DNA of 64,000 bases from Candidatus Saccharimonadales bacterium (GTDB lineage: Bacteria; Patescibacteriota; Saccharimonadia; Saccharimonadales; 2-12-FULL-41-12). The position numbers and the translations under genes are program-made. This document shows positions 60,911 through 64,000 of the stretch, piece after piece. Location: the NCBI GenBank assembly GCA_025451045.1, contig JANWLD010000001.1:273965-337964 (forward strand), in the 5' to 3' direction. The notes below the pieces were generated by a model. That model saw only the letters and a list, made by a program, of their open reading frames with translations, had not been told where the DNA came from and did not search any database. Position 1 is the stretch's first letter. Every line of letters starts with the position of its first letter.

Positions 60911-61010
60911 TGGTGGGGATGGGGACAGCGCTCCGGCTATTCACGCGGAGCTAACCTTCCCGTTCCCCGCCAGCTGGCGAGTCTCTCATTGAAGGTTCAA
61001 GACACTCAGC
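60911..61010. repeat. tRNA-Leu-derived structured element 'a'
   Basis: It starts with the inverse of the tRNA-Leu(CAG) 3' end (TGGTGGGGATG). It contains a T-arm-like GAAGGTTCAAG and a conserved core GGACAGCGCTCCGGCT...AGCTAACCT shared with element b. Confidence 0.5.
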
Positions 61011-61037
61011 CAAAACAAAAACTGGTACAAGACCAGT
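61011..61037 (-). terminator. rho-independent terminator after tRNA-Leu(CAG) (ACTGGT-CTTGT-ACCAGT followed by TTTTTGTTTTG in the minus sense)
   Basis: A 6-bp perfect stem is followed by a T-run. Confidence 0.55.
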
Positions 61038-61046
61038 CCATGTTTT

Positions 61047-61132
61047 GGTGGGGATGAAAGGACTTGAACCTTCACGAGCCGAAGCTCACTAGCTCCTGAA
61101 GCTAGCGCGTCTACCAATTCCGCCACATCCCC
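61047..61132 (-). tRNA. tRNA-Leu (anticodon CAG)
   Basis: The reverse complement GGGGATGTGGCGGAATTGGTAGACGCGCTAGCTTCAGGAGCTAGTGAGCTTCGGCTCGTGAAGGTTCAAGTCCTTTCATCCCCACCA folds as a cloverleaf. It has a long variable arm, an anticodon loop TTCAGGA, and an encoded CCA. Confidence 0.85.
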
Positions 61133-61142
61133 GTATTTTTAA

Positions 61143-61230
61143 TTGGTGGGCGAGAGGACAGCGCTTCGGCTGTCGCGCCAAGCTAACCTGCCTGGAGGTT
61201 CAAATCTGTCTCCCCGCAATTACGAAACCC
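61143..61230. repeat. tRNA-Leu-derived structured element 'b'. It is homologous to element a.
   Basis: It starts TGGTGGGCGAGAGG, the inverse of the tRNA-Leu(GAG) 3' end. The core GGACAGCGCTTCGGCT...AGCTAACCT...GGTTCAAAT is shared with element a. The stem GCTTCG/AAGC here covaries with GCTCCG/CGGAGC in a. Confidence 0.5.
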
Positions 61231-61252
61231 CTCCAAAGAGAGATTTAGCAAT

Positions 61253-61339
61253 TGGTGGGCGAGAGAGGACTTGAACCTCCACAGGATTGCTCCCATTGGC
61301 CCCTCAAGCCAACGCGTCTACCAATTCCGCCACTCGCCC
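61253..61339 (-). tRNA. tRNA-Leu (anticodon GAG)
   Basis: The reverse complement GGGCGAGTGGCGGAATTGGTAGACGCGTTGGCTTGAGGGGCCAATGGGAGCAATCCTGTGGAGGTTCAAGTCCTCTCTCGCCCACCA folds as a cloverleaf with a long variable arm and an encoded CCA. Confidence 0.85.
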
Positions 61340-61399
61340 GTAAGCACTTATTGTACTATATAACCCAATCTGTTAAATATGCTATACTCGATTATCTAT

Positions 61400-61476
61400 G
61401 GGTGATTAGCTCAGTTGGCTAGAGCATCTCGTTTACACCGAGGGGGTCGGGGGTTCGAGTCCCTCATCACCCACCA
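61400..61476 (+). tRNA. tRNA-Val (anticodon TAC)
   Basis: GGGTGATTAGCTCAGTTGGCTAGAGCATCTCGTTTACACCGAGGGGGTCGGGGGTTCGAGTCCCTCATCACCCACCA folds as a cloverleaf with an encoded CCA. Confidence 0.85.
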
Positions 61477-61537
61477 AATAAAATAACCAGGCTAGACCTG
61501 GTTTTTCTTATAAGATGACCTATCTATATGATAGAAT

Positions 61538-63661
61538 ATGAATCTAGTCAAAATTATGGGACAACAGGATACACCGGAAAATTCACCGGAAAAATCAATC
61601 AATACAGGCGCAGGCATAAAAAATGAACTGACCAGTCAAGCGGCAGGCGCATTATCCATAGATCAAGTCCTCGACGAACCACAGATATCCCCAGCAGAAC
61701 AAAGGGCACAGGAAGTTATCGAATGGGCGGAGGGCATATATGATGGATTTGAAGAGCTTCCGGAAACTAATCCCGTAAAGGCTAAAAAGCAAGGGCGGCG
61801 CGACGCAAAGTTCATAGACAAAGCTTTTGAGAAATTCGCGGAAGATGAAGAGAAAAGCAATCTGATAGATAATCCTGACGCTTTGGCCCGATCATTAGAA
61901 GTCTGGTCTATGTGGTCAGAAGAATACGAGGGCAGGGGCGAAGAGTTCGTCGAACTAGTTAACGAAAGATTATATGAATATGGTCGCCGGAATTGGCGTG
62001 AGATTGGCAAGGAAACTTTGGCCGGTCTAGCCCAGGAACTGGCATATTCACCCTTGGCCGAAGAAGGGTTGCAAAGCGTGCTAAAAGGCTATTTTGAAGG
62101 TCCGACCCAGCTTCTGGACCAGCAACATACCCATATCCAGATGGCTTTATCGGCCCAACACGTTCTTAATGACCAAAAAGCCATTGATAAAATCGCCCAG
62201 ATAATTTGTTTTGACACTGCGATTATGCCTTACGGCGACGACATGCATAATACCGTGCAAGGTGATGTGGCCAACCATGCTTATTTTGTGCAGGAAGGCA
62301 AGAATGCCGGTGATTTGAACCGGATCCGAGAAGGTTTAGCCGGTATAAGTTCGCATGGACGTGAAATAGCGACAAGTGTATATGAAAGTAGTAAAGATAA
62401 ACTCGATCAAAAACACTTCACAGCTTTTATGAATACTTATGGCATACGAGATAGGAACTTAGCATCCAAGCTGCTAGATGAAAGAGACTTTTTAAGAATA
62501 AAAGGCTTCATAAACCCAGCTAACTTCCGCGAGAAGTTACCTGAGATTGAAGCTGCTTTCAAAGATGATGAACTAGCGCAAAAAGTGGTCGTTGAATGGT
62601 ATAAGGCTGTAGCCCTTCAGCCTAGCCTTTATATGACGGAATATCATCTCACTTATGGTAACCGGTGGACAGAAGCAAACTGGAAAAGAAAAGAAGTTCA
62701 GGAATTAGGAAAGATTGAACAGGTTATTTCTATCCCGACCGAAGATAACTTCCAATTTGATATATATCTTCCTGATGGCGACATGCATCTAATAGAAGCT
62801 GACATAGAATCAGCCCTAGAGCAATATCGGGTAAAAATTCAACAAATGAAAGAAGCTGACGAAGAGGATTATTTATGCTTAGTTAATGCTAAAACGAATC
62901 CAGATTATGAAGGCACTTATGATGTTGAGTTTGAAATTTCTCTAGGTGGAAGAAATATAATCGCTTGCATACACATTCAATGCGAGTTGGATAGTTTAAG
63001 CGAGCACGATTTGAATAAACTTATGCTGAGCGGTGTTCCGGATATCGAAGGCGAAGGTTTTGCATCCGCTGCCGAAATTTGGGAACGGGTGCAAAATGCC
63101 GAAGAAGAACGATATGTCAGCAAAAGAGGTTTCAAAGTAGATTTCATATCCGAAGACATGCTTGAGGCCGGCTTGCGTTCCATATCTTTCAAGCAAGACC
63201 CGAAAAGGTTGCAGCAACTCATCGCAGCTCTTGATTTTAAGGGCGAGTCGATAAATTATAAACTTGATAGACATGGCAACTTAGATTTGGAAGGCAAACA
63301 AATTTATTCATCAAAACTTGTTGATTTAATTCACCGCCGGACATTGGCCGTGCTTGAACATTACATGGGAAGGGAAGTTTTGGAAGCCGAGGGTGAAACT
63401 ACTTTAGGACCAGGCGAAACTGGAACTATTGCTCGCCCTGCCCGGGTTGTCTTTTTACCTGAGGGCCATAATTTTTCTGAAGAAGCCCGCATGCATTATT
63501 TGCTGCAGCAGGGTAAAGATTTGAAAGTACGGAGCGAAGAACGTCGATTATATAACTCACGCTCACGTGACCGTAATAGCACGTACCGTCAGGCTACAGA
63601 AGTGGATGACCCAAACCTTGACCCGATTGAAATAAAAATAGACAACCCGGCCATCATTTGA
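61538..63661 (+). CDS. hypothetical large acidic cytoplasmic protein (707 aa)
   Basis: This long ORF has no signal peptide, no TM helix and no recognisable motif. It is flanked by tRNA-Val upstream and tRNA-Phe downstream. Confidence 0.55.
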   Translation: MNLVKIMGQQDTPENSPEKSINTGAGIKNELTSQAAGALSIDQVLDEPQISPAEQRAQEVIEWAEGIYDGFEELPETNPVKAKKQGRRDAKFIDKAFEKFAEDEEKSNLIDNPDALARSLEVWSMWSEEYEGRGEEFVELVNERLYEYGRRNWREIGKETLAGLAQELAYSPLAEEGLQSVLKGYFEGPTQLLDQQHTHIQMALSAQHVLNDQKAIDKIAQIICFDTAIMPYGDDMHNTVQGDVANHAYFVQEGKNAGDLNRIREGLAGISSHGREIATSVYESSKDKLDQKHFTAFMNTYGIRDRNLASKLLDERDFLRIKGFINPANFREKLPEIEAAFKDDELAQKVVVEWYKAVALQPSLYMTEYHLTYGNRWTEANWKRKEVQELGKIEQVISIPTEDNFQFDIYLPDGDMHLIEADIESALEQYRVKIQQMKEADEEDYLCLVNAKTNPDYEGTYDVEFEISLGGRNIIACIHIQCELDSLSEHDLNKLMLSGVPDIEGEGFASAAEIWERVQNAEEERYVSKRGFKVDFISEDMLEAGLRSISFKQDPKRLQQLIAALDFKGESINYKLDRHGNLDLEGKQIYSSKLVDLIHRRTLAVLEHYMGREVLEAEGETTLGPGETGTIARPARVVFLPEGHNFSEEARMHYLLQQGKDLKVRSEERRLYNSRSRDRNSTYRQATEVDDPNLDPIEIKIDNPAII

Positions 63662-63704
63662 TTGATAAGAAAGGCTGGTTTAAGCTATAATTCGTATCTG
63701 TCGT

Positions 63705-63780
63705 GGCTCTTTAGCTCAGTTGGTAGAGCAGAGGCTTGAAGAGCCTTGTGTCCCCAGTTCGAGTCTGGGAGGAGCCACCA
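63705..63780 (+). tRNA. tRNA-Phe (anticodon GAA)
   Basis: GGCTCTTTAGCTCAGTTGGTAGAGCAGAGGCTTGAAGAGCCTTGTGTCCCCAGTTCGAGTCTGGGAGGAGCCACCA folds as a cloverleaf. It has an anticodon loop TTGAAGA and an encoded CCA. Confidence 0.85.
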
Positions 63781-63879
63781 AGACCGAGTTTGTAAAATTA
63801 GCAACAGCTCTCTCTGAGGGCTGCTTTTATATTCAGGCCATGGTGCTACACTACGAATACTAAGTGAGGGAAAGTGTTT

Positions 63880-64000
63880 ATGAAAAAAAGAGCATTATCA
63901 ATTTTAAGTTCGGCATTTTGTCTGTCCTTGATTGTGGCGGCTTTAGTGCCTTTGTCGGCTTCAGCGGCAACTACAACGATATATAACAATATACCAAGCC
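63880..64000 (+). CDS. secreted protein, N-terminal fragment (runs off the window end)
   Basis: The ATG lies 8 nt after a GAGGG ribosome-binding site. The translation begins MKKRALSILSSAFCLSLIVAALVPLSASAATTT, a signal peptide with an AxA cleavage site. Confidence 0.45.
   Translation, partial: MKKRALSILSSAFCLSLIVAALVPLSASAATTTIYNNIPS

Noticed and set aside
60911-61230. Elements a and b as additional functional tRNA genes, or as tRNA genes on the plus strand
   Set aside because: Neither orientation gives a 7-bp acceptor plus D, anticodon and T arms with standard spacing. A plus-strand fold is only about 61 nt, and the minus-strand folds lack a T-loop.

Overview
This 64 kb window reads as a small-genome, low-metabolism bacterial chromosome segment. 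The gene content and the many lineage-specific hypothetical proteins point to a Candidate-Phyla-Radiation / Saccharibacteria-like organism, but I cannot confirm that without a database search. Nearly the whole window is coding, with about 60 CDS. Housekeeping genes include the glycolytic trio pyk-pgk-tpiA, the PcrA/UvrD helicase, RsmA, MetRS, a truncated AlaRS, MnmA, Obg, UvrA, UvrC, exonuclease I, FtsA, RuvX, MltG, ribosomal protein L25, SecG, and an F1Fo ATP synthase cluster running b-delta-alpha-gamma-beta-epsilon. Cell-envelope genes are also present: two type IV prepilins, an RpfB-like protein, a LysM-CHAP hydrolase, ABC transporters and DedA. I recognise five tRNAs from the sequence: Glu-TTC, Leu-CAG, Leu-GAG, Val-TAC and Phe-GAA. 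A tmRNA (ssrA) lies on the minus strand. I saw no rRNA, no CRISPR array, and no transposase or integrase. Five regions deserve a second look. First, ssrA is followed by a lone prepilin gene and a degenerate copy of the ssrA 3' end, which looks like an integration scar. That whole block is bracketed by a 72-bp near-perfect inverted repeat that also sits in the 5' regions of two divergent hypothetical genes. Second, the ATP synthase operon has no a or c subunit genes in the window. It is instead preceded by a secreted protein whose C-terminus is a c-subunit-like hairpin lacking the proton-carrying carboxylate. Third, two homologous structured elements of about 80 nt flank a small minus-strand ORF downstream of alaS. 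Their inner stems show compensatory changes. Fourth, two tRNA-Leu-derived structured repeats are interleaved with the tRNA-Leu genes. Fifth, a 707-aa acidic protein of unknown function sits between tRNA-Val and tRNA-Phe. Every call rests on my reading of the translations and the sequence itself; nothing here has been checked against a database.
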